Assembly (NCBI GenBank): GCA_030704615.1
Contig: CM060731.1
Span: 72,292,001-72,356,000, forward strand
From: Takakia lepidozioides
Lineage: Eukaryota; Plantae; Bryophyta
Length of the DNA stretch: 64,000 bases
Direction of reading: 5' to 3'
Below, one piece after another: positions 50,364-63,580 of the stretch. The translations under genes and the position numbers were made by a program. The notes beneath the pieces were generated by a model. The model saw nothing but the letters and a program-made list of their open reading frames with translations. It was not told the origin of the DNA and did not search any database. Within the stretch, counting starts at the first letter, position 1. Every line of letters begins with the position of its first letter.

Positions 50364-53300
50364 AATCCTTCCACTTCCGCCACATCATCATTATCAATTG
50401 ATATGTTGCAGACCACTCTACGTGCTCGGGGGTTCTTCTCCAGGACGACTTTCCACCCCGGCTCCTTCACACAATCAGAAAAAAACACTTGATCAACCTG
50501 GCCAGGAAACACAAAATGTTGCTCAGAAGGGAAGCATACGGTTAAAATTGACCAGTGTGAAGCCAGCATCATCCTGCTTCATTGACATAGGTTGACGACC
50601 CACGCGACGCGCCCGTACCCACGAACACAAAAACACTATAGGTTGTGTTTGGCCATAGTCAATTTGCAAAATCTCCCTTATAAGACCCACATATCTTGTA
50701 GGTTCCTCCATGTCATTGCCTGAATTGTTGGTAATGAGCTGGTGCTGGAAAACAGATGAGACTCCACAATCAAAAAACACCATACTTGTTGTGTTCATGC
50801 TGGGGGATGTAACCCTGTAATGGTTACCATACGTTGTCATACTCTTGAAAGAGTACGCTGTCATACTCTTGATCCAGTAATTCCTCACGTGTTGTAGGAT
50901 CAAGCCCATCTGATTGAATTGAGAGATGATCCCGTACACCTTGAGGGAGCCAAACAGCAAATGGAGGACATGGATGCAAATCAGGAGGGTACTGAATTGT
51001 CGTGGGATTGCTCGTGCCTTCCAGCCCTTGCTCCTCACGAAACAAGCGTCGTCTAGCTTCTATCTGTGTGGACTCTACGTCATATATCCTGTCACAATCC
51101 GAGGGTCAGCCAGGAGATTGACAGAGGTGGCGTGGGAGATATGAAAAGACACCATATGCCAACTAATGAAAAATGACTAAAACTTGGAAATCTGAATGTC
51201 AATGAAGTAGATTTCTTACCCAAACATGACTGACAGACGAGGATGGTTCTGAATGATGTACTCATGTACAATATCACGCAGGTCATTCAATTTTCGGGCT
51301 TTAGAACTTCCTTCCACAACTTCACGTTCCACAGATTCTCCCTCATCTGCATCCCACACCCTTCGTACACTTCCATCAAATCCTGCCATATACTCTGTGC
51401 AAAAACCCAATGCTTCTTCAAATTGGTATCCTTCTGCCATGCTCCCCTCAGGCCTTGCCATGTTTCTTATGTAGCCCTTCATATCTTTCATTGCCCGCTC
51501 CATGGGGTACATCCAACGAGATGCTACGGGCCCGCATAAGTACAACTCGTCCACTAGGTGAACAACCAGATGTGTCATCACATCAAAAAATGATGGTGGG
51601 AACTCCTTCTCTATAAGACACATAGTGACAACTGCTTCAGTTCTCAATTCCTCATACACTACAGGATTCACCACTTTTGCACACAACTTCTTAAATACAC
51701 GACATACTCGCAAAATGGCCCTGCGAGGACCACTTGCCATGAGCCCACGGATAGCAAGCGGTATAATTTGCTGCATGAGCACATGATAGTCATGTGATTT
51801 CATGCCAGACAATTTCTTCTTCACCACATGCTTTTTGAAAGCTGATGCGTAGCCTGTTGGCACTTTCAAGTTCTGCACAATCTCCAGAAAGACTTGTAAC
51901 TCAGCCTCAGTAAGGACATAAGGGACAGGAGGCATAATTAACGTATCTGCTTTGTTAGGATCACGTTGTAGCCACAATTCTAGGCGCATCCCAAGTAGCT
52001 CCAAATCACGGCGAACTTTCAATGTGTCTTTCTCACCAAAGATAGTTTTAATAATATTTTCAGCCAAGTTCTTCTCGCAATGCATTGCGTCAAACGTGTG
52101 GCGGATGAGGAGACCCTACAAAATGAACACATAAGCAATTGAGCATTACTCATCACAATTTAAACAGAAAACTCAAAAATGTACACAGCCAATTTAAAGG
52201 CCATGAAGGAATTACCTCCCAATAAGGTAAGACATATAAAATTGACAATCGCTTAACTCCATGAGTTTTTGCTGGGTCTGTCCTGCTATCTGGCGTCCCT
52301 CCGTTTTCCACCCATGCAGTGCGAGCTGTTGCAAGCTCCTTGATTTGTGTTCCAGTCTGCGTTTTTGGAGGAGTTCCCTGCTCAGTAGCGCCATTGAACA
52401 TTCTTGACCTTTTATATGGATGATTGCGGGCCAAAAATCTTCGGTGGCCCAGGAAAACAGTTTTCCCACATGTGTGTAACTGCTGTGAAGTCACCCCGGG
52501 TCCACAAGCTAGACAACCAGCATAACATTTCGTCACTTGACCTGAGAGCAAGCCATATGCAGGGTAGTCATGGATTGACCACATCAACACTACCCTCAGT
52601 GTGAATTCGCGTTGACCACGAGGACGGGAAACATCATGAGCTGCAATCCCTCTCATAGTTCAGTAGCTCTTCCACTAGGGGTATTAGGTAAACATCTATG
52701 TTGTCCGAGGTAACAGACTCCTTACCAGAAATCAATAGCGCTAACATGACAAAGAACTTTTTGGTCATTAACCACGGAGGCAGATTGTAATTGACCAAGA
52801 GAACGGGCCATGTGCTCCAACTGGTGGATTGAGCTCCGTAGGGATTTACACCGTCTAAGGCCAATCCAAATCGCACAGATCGTGGCTCTGCAGCAAAATC
52901 CTCAAATGTGGTGTCAATGTGTCTCCTTGCTTTGCTATCAGCTGGATGTTGAACCAACCCATCTTGGCTCTTATGTCTGTCATCAATGGTCTCCTTGCTT
53001 TGCTATCAGCTGGATATGTTGAACAACCATCTTGGCTCTTATGTCTGTCATGCCATGTCATGAGGTTAGCGATTGATTTACATCGGTACATACGTTTCAA
53101 CCTTGGAATGACAGGGAATACTTTCTTGGGCACACTTCCATAACTTGGAATGTAACGGGAACTGCGGCACACTAGGCAAATGTCTACATTTTCATACTCC
53201 CCAGGGAAGAGGACACAACCACGCTCACATGCATGAATCATGGGGTACTGCAATCCCATCTTGGCAATCATGTGGTTTTGCATCATAGTGAGTTTTCGGC

Positions 53301-54600
53301 AATGAATTCTCTTTAGGCAAAAAACTCTTTACGCAACAATCCCAGAAGCTCATCCACAAATGCATCGGTGCACTTGTGGGTAGTGCATGCATTCAGCAAC
53401 GTGAAAGTTGCTTGCAGCCGGCTGATCGAGCACCCTACTGTCGGAAGAGTTTATCATACTCGAGATCAACGTGCAGGTGAGCATTCTCATCAAATTCATT
53501 GTCTCCGGAATCGTCGAGGTCATCGTCATGATCGGCAAATGTGTGATCGGTTCCACCATGAATGGGGTCCTTTCTGTTTGCATCTGCAAAGAGAAACGAT
53601 TCCTGCAATGCACGCTGGATTTCTACCTCCAATCCACCACCCTCATCAGCGTTCTCTGTGACATTGGGCTCCTGCTGTGCCGCAGGGCCTTCGTCTTCAT
53701 CATCTGAATATTCACATCCCTGCACCCCAATAGTCATCTTGTGAGTGGACCAACAACGATGTGACACTTGTTCATATTATGACATGGGAGGCACGGTGAC
53801 GTTGCAGTGATGCAGTCATATTTACGTATGTATCTTATGAATATACACCCAATCAAAACACGACATTTGTAGCCATTGAAGTCATAGTTGCAGTCACTTA
53901 GTTAGTCATATATAACTACATGACTACACATGACCAATGAAAACACGACATGTGCATTAATGAAAGTGATAACGGAAGTGACGTAGTCATAGTCACGTCT
54001 GTATCTTATGACTTCTTGACTACAATCACCCAACGAAATGTCGACATGTGGAGAAGATGATCGTTGCATTCAAAATTCAAATTAAAGTGTTGAAGGGAAA
54101 GTGGCGATCGTACCGGAAGAGAATAGCGTCGGAGAAGATGATCCCTCCCGTGTATCATGTAATGATTCCTCACTGTTTCCAACAACAGTAGTTTTCCTCC
54201 ATGACACTCATCGTACTTGCATAGCATTTTTGTTTGTCCATTCCTTGTGGCATAAGCTTCTTCCATTCGCCATAGACGGTCATCTATTCTACGCCTACGC
54301 ATCCGGTCGCCACCTGCACTGTACATGCTTTGAATGTCATCCCTACCCTCTTTGCATGTTATGCACAGTGCATTGTCTCTTGTTTTGCACCAGCTGCCAA
54401 TGTGCTATTTCTATATCTTCTGCATCTGTAAGTATCGTTTCTGAGTGTCCATGGTGAAGCGGAAGGTCTTCGAAGTGATAGTCCCTCTCACTGAGTACGA
54501 GAAGTTCCGAGAGCGCCAGATTGCTGCCATAAAGGAGGTGGAAGCAACGTTCAAGCAGTCGATAAATGGGTGAGTTTAATTCATGACTTTGGTTACCCAC
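50364..54600 (-). pseudogene. CACTA TnpD/Tnp2 transposase (Transposase_21, DUF4218, DUF4216), degenerate
   Basis: IHACERGCVLF, HPADSKA, EPRSVRFGLALDGVNPY, STWPVLLVNYNLPPW, NIDVYLIPLVEEL, WSIHDYPAYG, DAMHCEKN, GMKSHDYHVLMQ, FFDVMTHLVVHL, RWMYPMER and FVFPGQVDQVFF. The 5' limit is approximate. Confidence 0.93.
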
Positions 54601-55641
54601 CCACTAAACTTGCGATTCGCCTTATCCTCTGACCTTCCTACAGCTCTCATAAGCTTCATAGCACAAATGGGGGCGAGTAGCTGCGACTTGTACAAACAGA
54701 GAGGCAAACAACATGCTGTGAGTGACGATTAGGTTTGAGGAGGGTGTGTCATTAGGCGGGAGATGTCCGCCGTCAATCGTGGGCAGCCATTACTTCCTGG
54801 TAGGGTGCGGCTATGGTTCAGCGTAGGCTTAAGAGTATTAGGGTATGTATGCTTGCATTTGTTTGTGATTGTTTGAGAGGGAGTCATGGAGGTGTTTGTG
54901 CAGGCTTGCAGGAGTGAAATGCCCTCGCAAGCCACGCGCTCCGAAGGAAAAAGCTACAGATCAAGGTCCTGCAAGGCAAAGTGCCAAACTGAAGACGATG
55001 AAGACTACGATTCTGCATGAGGGCTCTTCTGAGGACGATGAGGACGATCCACTCCTCCCACGCCAGTGCGAGGCGAGTGCGTCATTGGCGGATGCCATGG
55101 CGAGCCGAGGAGAACATGCCCAGGCTCATGTCGCAGGACAAAAAACGCCCATCATCTACATTACGAACACCTTCTCCGTCTGTGAGTTATAGTTCTTCAC
55201 AATGACCATGATTCAAATTATGATGTTTTTGGTAAAATCACGAAGAGATAGGGTATGGTAAGATCACGAAGAGATAGGGTATGTCTGTCAAGACAGGGAA
55301 GTTGGACAATGCAGGGGTCAGCCAAGGCACAATCACAAATAATTTCCACTAGACAAGTTGAAGTGCCAAAGGCATGATGTCAGCCCTTTGTAGACTTCAG
55401 GTGTGTTCAAGTTCTTTGCCCCATGAAACCAACGTCCTAAGCTACAATGGCTACTTATAGAGATACTTGGATTACTTATGCACCCAGAATATCAGTAAAA
55501 CTTGGAGGGATACTTCTCATGGACCCATCAGGTTTGTCCCTTCGAATTCTTGCTATGGATTTCAGGAACACCCCATACCTAAGAGGGTTCAAAAATGTAC
55601 TGGGAGGACATCATTGGGGCCAATCAAATTTGGGAGATTTA

Positions 55642-56017
55642 TGTTAGAGGGCTGTCTGGGACTTAGACACTTTTATGGGTTTTGTGGGGTACCCTTAATT
55701 TTTGCGCAAACTTACGGATGGTAGACTTAGACCAACATAGGCCTTAGGGGTGACAGGCGCAGGCTTTAGGAGGGGGGGGGGGGGGGGTGGGTAGACAGGC
55801 TTACACAACCAGTCACAGCCCGTCATAGTCCGACATAGCCTCACACAGCCAGTCACAGTCTATCACAGCTCGACACAGCTTCGCACAGTCAGACACAGCA
55901 CGACACAGCCCGACACATCTTCACACAGCCAATCACAGCCCGACACAATCCGACACAACCAGTCACAGCTTGGCACAGTCACAACCCGACACAGTTTGGC
56001 ACAGTCAGTCACAACGT
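55642..56017 (+). repeat. Partial LTR of the same Gypsy family, interrupted by a younger copy
   Basis: Starts TGTTAGAGGGCTG; homology breaks within the minisatellite where a new LTR starts at 56018. Confidence 0.85.
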
Positions 56018-56998
56018 TGTTAGAGGGCTGCTTGGGACTTAGACGCTTTTACGGGTTTTGTGGGGTACCCTTAATTTTTGCGCAGACTGAGACCAACAGG
56101 AGCCTTAAGGGTGGCAGCAGTAGGCTTTAGGGGGGTTACACAGCCCGACACAGCTCCACACAGCCCGCCACAGTTTCGCACAGCTCCACACAGCCCGTCA
56201 CAGCCCGACACAGCCCGACACAGCTTTACACAGCCAGTCACAGCCGCCACAGCTTCGCACAGCCCGACACAGCCCGACACAGCCAGTCACAACCAACACA
56301 GCTTCGCACAGCCAGTCACAGCCCGACACAGCTTTACACAGCCAGGCACAGCTCGGCACAGCTTGACACAGCCTGTCACAATACATGGGGAACAATTATC
56401 ATTGACAGGGAACGACATCTGCAGAGGGGACGTGTTAGTTCAGGGGTGACGGTTAGTTAGTTAGGTGGTTAGAACAGCTTGCCGATAGATTAGGAGAGCG
56501 GCAACGGGAAAGGGATCACTTCACGGGGAGCGCTTCTTGGTCATGGAGAAGAGGAGATCAGGCGGAGAGCAAGAACGAGAGCACAGAGAAGGAGGAAAGA
56601 TGAATAGTAGATGTTTATTACATGCAAAGCTGTAGTGATACTGTAGGGCAGATTAGAGTCACCATGGCATTGGCCTGATACCTGATAAATCTTAATCCGA
56701 TACTGAATCGATACAATCACACTGTGTAGAGAGACATGAGTGAAGCTGTGAAATGAATGCATGATTAACTGGAACTAAGTAGATACGGAAGCAATCTGAT
56801 GCTTCAGTATCAGATAAGGTAAATTGATAACATGAAGGCAAGAAAGAATACAAATGGGAAGCACAACCATGATTCACTAGCTGCAGGTCATGACTGATAG
56901 TTCTGAATGGGCTGAGTGCTTAGAGATATCCAACTCTTCTATCTTGGAGTTTCCACCTCGGATAGCGAAGGGATGGGTGAGTAAAAGCCGTTCGACAT

Positions 56999-57586
56999 TT
57001 GGCGACCATACTGGGGAACAAAGGAAATGAACAACCAGATGTGACATGCATCTGGTGGGATCATGGTGGTTGGAGAATTAAAGAATTTGATGTGAATCAA
57101 ATTCCTTGTGAAACTGAGAAGGAAAGATTGTCCAAACAATTCTTTCAGAGGTTCTTGGAATTGCCAAATGGTTGTAAAGAAAACATTCTTAAGAGAGTGC
57201 ATGATGCTGACCCTGAGTGGGGTATGGAGAAAGGAGTGATAAAGATTTATCAGGTGGCCTGTAGAGGAAGAGCACGTTGGTTACCAACACTGGTTTATGT
57301 GATAGCATTGCTATCCATTAAGCGAGTAGAGTTTGAAGGCTGGGAGGAAAGGAAGGTGAATGTTTATACACATATGCATGAGGAGCTTGTACTGGTAAAG
57401 AATTGGATTCCAAAGGATGTTCTGTGGATCAAACTCACACCAAGAACAGCTTTCCAGACTTGTTTGTCATATGGTTATATGGTAACGGAGACTTCTAGTA
57501 TAGCCAAGGGTGCTTTGGAGCTTGAAAGAAACCCAGGCATATACGAGAGATACTACAGAAGAGAGTTTTGGTTATTGCCACATTAA
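56999..57586 (+). CDS. Upstream extra ORF before gag (195 codons), unknown function
   Basis: Stop-free frame from the PBS to 20 nt before the gag ATG, in a different frame from gag; no early ATG. Confidence 0.4.
   Translation: MATILGNKGNEQPDVTCIWWDHGGWRIKEFDVNQIPCETEKERLSKQFFQRFLELPNGCKENILKRVHDADPEWGMEKGVIKIYQVACRGRARWLPTLVYVIALLSIKRVEFEGWEERKVNVYTHMHEELVLVKNWIPKDVLWIKLTPRTAFQTCLSYGYMVTETSSIAKGALELERNPGIYERYYRREFWLLPH
57000..57017 (+). promoter_or_regulatory. Primer-binding site (tRNA-Arg type)
   Basis: TGGCGACCATACTGGGGA lies 2 nt after the LTR-terminal CA. Confidence 0.75.
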
Positions 57587-57606
57587 AGAAATGAAAGACA
57601 TGGGAC

Positions 57607-60600
57607 ATGAGTGATGAAAGAGAAACTAGACTCCAGAGATATTCAGCAAAAAGAGAAAGTTATCTGAAAGCTAATTATCCATATCTTTGGGAGAGAGGAA
57701 TAGACATAGGGGAATCATCTGGACCTCTCACACCATTAAGATCAGAGAGTACATCACCCATACCGGAGGAACTAGAGTTGGATGCCACTCCTTCTTTTTC
57801 TTTGCAAGAAAGATTAAGGGAATTGGTACAGGAAGAAGATCAACCACGAGGTGAAAGATCTGAGGTACATCCCTGGATAAAAGATTTGAAAGAAATCTTT
57901 GATAAGAGTTGGCATGGAACACCAAAAGCAGGAACTCCAGTTTCTGAGACGGAAGACGAAGAAGGAGGAGAGGATGTGGCAGAGCCAACGGAGAGTTCAC
58001 ACTCTCCAACACCATTGCAGTTGAGTTACATGAGTGAGGAAGAAACCCAAGGGCAGAACTTGGAGGATGAAAACAGAGAGAAGAAATTGGAAGAGGAAGA
58101 GTATGAAGAAGTAGACCCAACAGCTGAGGTTGAGACTACAACCAGGACATCCCAACCCGTTGGACCTGGATCAAGTGGAGCACTTGGATCACAGGCCAAC
58201 GAAGGTGTCGGCTCAGGGGGATCAGGCGGGCAGCCTGGATCTGGCTCTAGGGGGACAGGGAGTGTGGGAAGTAGTGCAACTGGAGCTGGGAATACTGTGA
58301 ATATAGTGGGGCCAGTAGCAGGGAGTGCTCAAGGGCCAACACTTGGTGGAAGTTCCACCACAACTACAATAGGTCCTCAAGGACCAGCATCGGCAAGGGG
58401 GCCAGCATTTGTCAGTGGGCAGAAGGTAGGGCCACAGATGGCGTTACAACCAACACGGGCAAAATCACATTTTCCAATATATTCAAGAAAAGGGGATCAT
58501 GATGTACACATTAGCTAATTAGAGCACATGTGTATTGTGAACAATGAGAATGGCGATGATGCCAAGATGAGACTGTTTCCTTGTTCACTTATAAACAAAG
58601 CAAGTGAATGGTATGCAAGATTCCCTGATAATCATTTCCTAAGCTGGAATGGCTTGAATACAACATTCCGAAATAGGTTCAGGACAAGTAAAACTGAGGA
58701 TGAAGTGTATGGAAGTTTACAACAGTTAAAGCAAAAGAAGCATGAAACTGTTGAGGAGTATATGGAAAAGATGGAATTGATGATGAAAAAGCTGGCTGCT
58801 ATACCAGCACCAGGTTTACAAAAGACTTGGTTTGTGAGTGGACTAAGACCAGAGTTGCAAAAGAAAGTGGATATGTTACCCCATAATACAAGGGATGAGG
58901 CATTTGAAACAGCGAACAGAATTGAGCAATTGGGAATGCTCAGGAGAGAGAAAAGGGATAATGAGGACTCTGAGGATGAGTCAGATGAGGAAGAAGAGCA
59001 AGAGCTGAAAATGAAGAGTAAGAGGAAGGAAAAGTTGAAGAGGGATAACTATGAGAAAAGATTAGAAGAAATCTTGAAAAAGTATGCCACAGAGGCTGCA
59101 ACACATTGGAGGAAAGGTGTTTGGTGTGCAAAGTGCCAGAATGAAGGCCATACCACCACTGAATGCCACATGAAGGAGAAACACTATACTATCTGTAAAA
59201 TGGATAACCATTCTACTGAGAATTGTTACTACAACAGAAGGACAGCAGCTAGAGAACCTAGGCAAGTAAGGGTGCATCAAGTGCAGCCCCAACCAAGAAG
59301 AAACAGTGATCAGGACCGCTATGGTAGGCCTGGTGGTTATAACAATGGCATGGAAGGGAGAGGTAATCCAAGAGGGAATTACCAAGGAAATTCTAGAGGT
59401 AACTATCAGGGTAATCCAAGGGGGAATTACTAGCCAAGGAATCAGGATTACAGAAACAATCCCAGAACAGACCAAGGGCGAGGACCTAATGGGGAAGAAC
59501 TGTGTTACTATTGTAATCAGGCAGGACATCGCAAGGCAGCCTGTCCATTCTGGATCAGACACCAGAATGAGATGAGAGCTCCTGTGAATGAGGGGCCAGT
59601 GGTGGCAGCTCACATGGTTAGGCCATGTGTTGTACCAGAAGTAAGTACAATGATAGTAACGAGAAGCAAAGCCAAAATAATACCTCCAGTAGATGAGGAA
59701 GGTGATGATAATGAAGATGGCAGTGATGTGCCTGAAGATGATGAGGCTTGGAGATATGAGAAGGAACTGCACAAGGAAGTGCCAGATACCATAAGGGAAA
59801 TGCAGAAGAGTACTGATATTCCTATGACATATTCCTCTGATTCTGAAAGAGAAGAGGAAGTGAGTGAGGATGAAGGGAAGAAAGAAGCTGCAGAAATGCA
59901 GAGTAATGAAGGGACTTTGGCTGAAGTAATATGCCAGTCCAAAGCGGAGATTACCATTGGACAGCTATTGGCTGTGGCACCTTATTGTAGACACAGGCTA
60001 TATCAAGCAATCAATCGAATTGCCCATGTGACAGGGAACACAGACCTGAACAACAAGGTGACCAGTTATAATGTGAAGCCGGAAGGGCGAGAAACAGTCA
60101 TAGACTTTGCTGATTCTATGCAAGTAATCCAATTGAGAATTGGAAGCACAGAACTAACTGATGTACTGGTAGATGGAGGCTCTGGAGTGAATATCATGAC
60201 AGACCAATTAAGGCAGAAACTTGGTCTAAGTAACATGAAACCAGCCCCATTTACAGTAACAATGGCAAATCAAAGAAGTGTACAGCCATTGGGATTGATA
60301 AGATGAGTTAAGATACAGATTCAAAAGATGATCTTTATGATCACAGTACCTGTGTTGAAAATGGATGAAGTCATGGAAGCTTACTCCTTATTGTTGGGAC
60401 GTCCGTGGCTGAAACAGGCCAGGGTATTCCATGACTGGAATTCCCAGTTACTAACTGTGCATGATGGGATGCACAAGATACAAATTACCACTAAGAAATC
60501 TAGTAGATTACCTGCTACGAGAATACCTCGAGGGGTCAAGGAGTATGACTGGAGGGGAGGACTTGATGAGGAGCAGGAAGCTACCCTATTCGCTACACAC

Positions 60601-63378
60601 CCAGAGTGGGAGCAGGTTGCAGAGATGCAGCTGGAAGGCCTAAGTTGTTTAAAATGTATCTGCTGTGGTGTAGTGATACCAACACCAATTGAAGGTGAAA
60701 CAAGCAGTTACCCACCACATTTCTATGAAGAAAGAGAGGGAGAAATGGAATTCCTCGAAGAACCAGCCACTGTGAGTTTACAGGATGAAGTGGTGACTGG
60801 TTGGACAATCACAGCTGATGAGTAGGTCATAGAAGTGAATGTGGGAACTGAAGAGGAACCGAGGATGGTGAAGGTAGGGGCTGATTTGGAGCCAGAATTC
60901 TTTGAGGAAGCTAAGAGTTTGTTCATCAAATACAGAGATGTATTTGCTTGGAGCTACAAGGATCTAAAAGGGATACCACCTGAGATCTGTCAGCATAAGA
61001 TTGAACTAGAACCAGGGTCAGTGCCAATCAAACAGGCAAGGTACAGAATGAATCCCAACTATGCACAGAAGGTTGGAGAAGAGATCAAGAAGTTCGCTGA
61101 GGCTAAATTTATATACCCGATAGAGTATACAACTTGGTTGTCACGCATTGTGATAGTTCCCAAGAAGAATGGTAAACTGAGAGTTTGTGTGAACTATAAG
61201 AAGTTGAATGCTTGCACGAAGAAAGATCTTTTCCCCTTGCCATTCACAGAAGCGGTATTGGACACTATGGCAGGCCATGAGATGTACTCATTCATTGATG
61301 GCTTCAGTGGTTATAATCAAGTGCAAGTGGCAGAAGAAGACCAGGGAAAGACAGCTTTCATCACAGACTGGGCTGCTTATGCATACAAAGTCATGGCTTT
61401 TGGACTTTGTAATGCACCAGCAACCTTTCAGAGAGTGATAAGTAAATCTTTTCATGAGTATCTGGATGATTTCATGCAGGTGTTCTTGGATGATTTCAGT
61501 GTGTACAGCTGTAAGAATGAGCACTTGCATAAATTGGAGTTATGTTTGGCCAGATGCAGGATGAGAGGTCTGGGCTTGAATCCAAAGAAGTATACTTTCT
61601 GTGTGAACTCAGAGGTGCTTTTGGGACACATTGTGTGTAAGATGGGACTTCTTGTGGATCCCAGAAAGACAGAGGCCATTAAAGCCTCTCCACCACCAGT
61701 AAATGTTAAGAGTCTGAGGAGATTCCTTGGACAAACCAGTTATTACAGAAGATTTGTCAGACGGTATGCACAGATAGCAGCACCATTGAGCAAGCTTCTG
61801 AAGCAAGATGCAGTGTTTGCATGGACAGCTAAATATCAGCAGGCTTTTGAGGAACTTACATTGTCAGTAACAACTACACCTGTGCTGATTAACCCTCACT
61901 GACATGTAGTATTTCATGCTCACTGTGATGCCTCAGGAGAAGCGTTGGGAGCAGTGTTAGCCCAAAATGTTACAGGAAATATAGATTCACCTGTGTACTA
62001 TGCTAGCAGGTTGATGAACAGTGCTGAAATGAACTATAGCACAACTGAAAGAGAAGCACTGGCAATGATTTATGCAGTCAAGAAATTTAGGCATTACCTA
62101 TTGGGAAGAAAATTTATGTTTTATGTGGATCACCAGGCTCTGATATATGTGGTGAACAAACCTTTGATAAGTGGAAGGATAGCAAGGTGGTTAATAATCT
62201 TGTACGAGTTTGAGTTCGAAGTTGTTTACAAGCCTCGCTGTTTGCATCTTGTGGCAGATCACTTGTCACGCCTATCAACAGGAGAGCCCGCCACAGGAGC
62301 AGACGACCAATTACCTGATGCAAGTTTATTTGCAGTGGAGGTGCAGGGAAGTGCAGATGATTGGTTAGATTGGCAGTGGCCAATCAGATACTACCTTACT
62401 CATGGTCAGTTTATGTACTATTTTGGCTAAGATAGTCAATGCAAATAGAACGGATTGGGATACAAAGCTGCGCTTGGAAGAGTCAATCTCAATAAGTTGA
62501 AGGAGTACAGTGGTATCCATGACAAACCATTGCAGCACGATTTGCATGTTGAAACGCAAAAGCAGTCATGGGCTGCGCCAGTGATACCAACGGAGTATGG
62601 AGCACTAGTCGTTAAGCCGAGCGTGTATGACCAGGGTGGGAAGTACAAGTGTCACACAGCCTATCACAGCTCATCACAGTGTCACACAGCCTATCACAGC
62701 CCATCATAGCGTGACACAGCCTATCACAGCCCATCACAGTGTCACACAGCCTATCACAGCCCATCACAGTGTCACACAGCCTATCACAGCCCACCACAGT
62801 GCCACACAACCTGTTACAGCCCAACACAGCCCATACAAATTACACAGTCCATAGGGTCAGTGACAGGTGGATGCGAATTAACGTTAGAAAAGTGGCCATC
62901 AAGTGAAGAAAAAGTTTGGAAGTCAAACTTGGAGAATATGCCACGCGGAGAGGGGAAGTCAGGGGCATGTTTAGAAATGGACACGTGGCCACTAAGGCGT
63001 GGCACACCGCACTGCATCAATTGCAAAAAAAGGTCTAATCATGCAAACGGACAAATCGGGCAGTCAAAGTACCTACCCGGTACAACAGCTAATACTAATT
63101 GTGGGCCCATTAATGCATTCAGTGTAAGGGTAACGGAACCCTTACCGAGTATAGAAAAGGGAAACCTATGCCACATGTGTTGTCCTACTGGACATTCCAG
63201 GTGGGAATGTCCATGGAGGGGGGTGGAATTAAGAAATTACCTAAGCAGTCCACAGCCAATCAGGAGTGCAAATTACATGCAGGTGGCTCCCTCCAAGAAA
63301 CAAGAAATAGGAATGAGCGGAAGAGTCGGGGTGGCTCTGAATAGCCAAGGTCTCGACGGAAGGGGCAATCAGATGTAA
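57607..63378 (+). pseudogene. Single-frame gag-pol with in-frame stops and deleted integrase core
   Basis: All ORF pieces are in one frame: gag (RLFPCSL..ASEWY), zinc knuckles, PR (VLVDGGSGVN), RT (IDGFSGYNQ, FLDDF), RH (HCDASG, TEREALA, VADHLSRL) and the integrase end GRVNLNKLKEY. Confidence 0.93.
62650..62830 (+). repeat. 30-bp minisatellite, about 6 copies
   Basis: tgtcacacagcctatcacagcccatcacag repeated; related to the LTR cacagc minisatellite. Confidence 0.9.
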
Positions 63379-63580
63379 CGGATTACACACTCGCTTTACT
63401 TCTCACGCAGTGGCGCAAGGACGGAAGCATTGAGAGTACATTTTCGCTCACTTGATACTTGCAAGCCCCACAGGCTTACACGCACTTACCTGATCCATTC
63501 TGTGCCAACCATACCTTCATGCTCTGTGCCCTGCAAGCTTTCCTTCAGCTGTTTCAAACAAAGCCTTTTTGTTGTCTAGA

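Larger units (their letters stand above)
40849..55641. mobile_element. CACTA/EnSpm DNA transposon (left end at 40849; right end not seen in the window)
   Basis: CACTACAAGAGA begins exactly where the chromovirus RT homology breaks. Dense (at)gactac subterminal repeats at 40870-41350. Internal TnpD transposase. End coordinate is a minimum estimate. Confidence 0.85.

Noticed and set aside
54869-55192. Plus-strand ORF as a second CACTA gene
   Set aside because: Short and low-complexity with no diagnostic domain.
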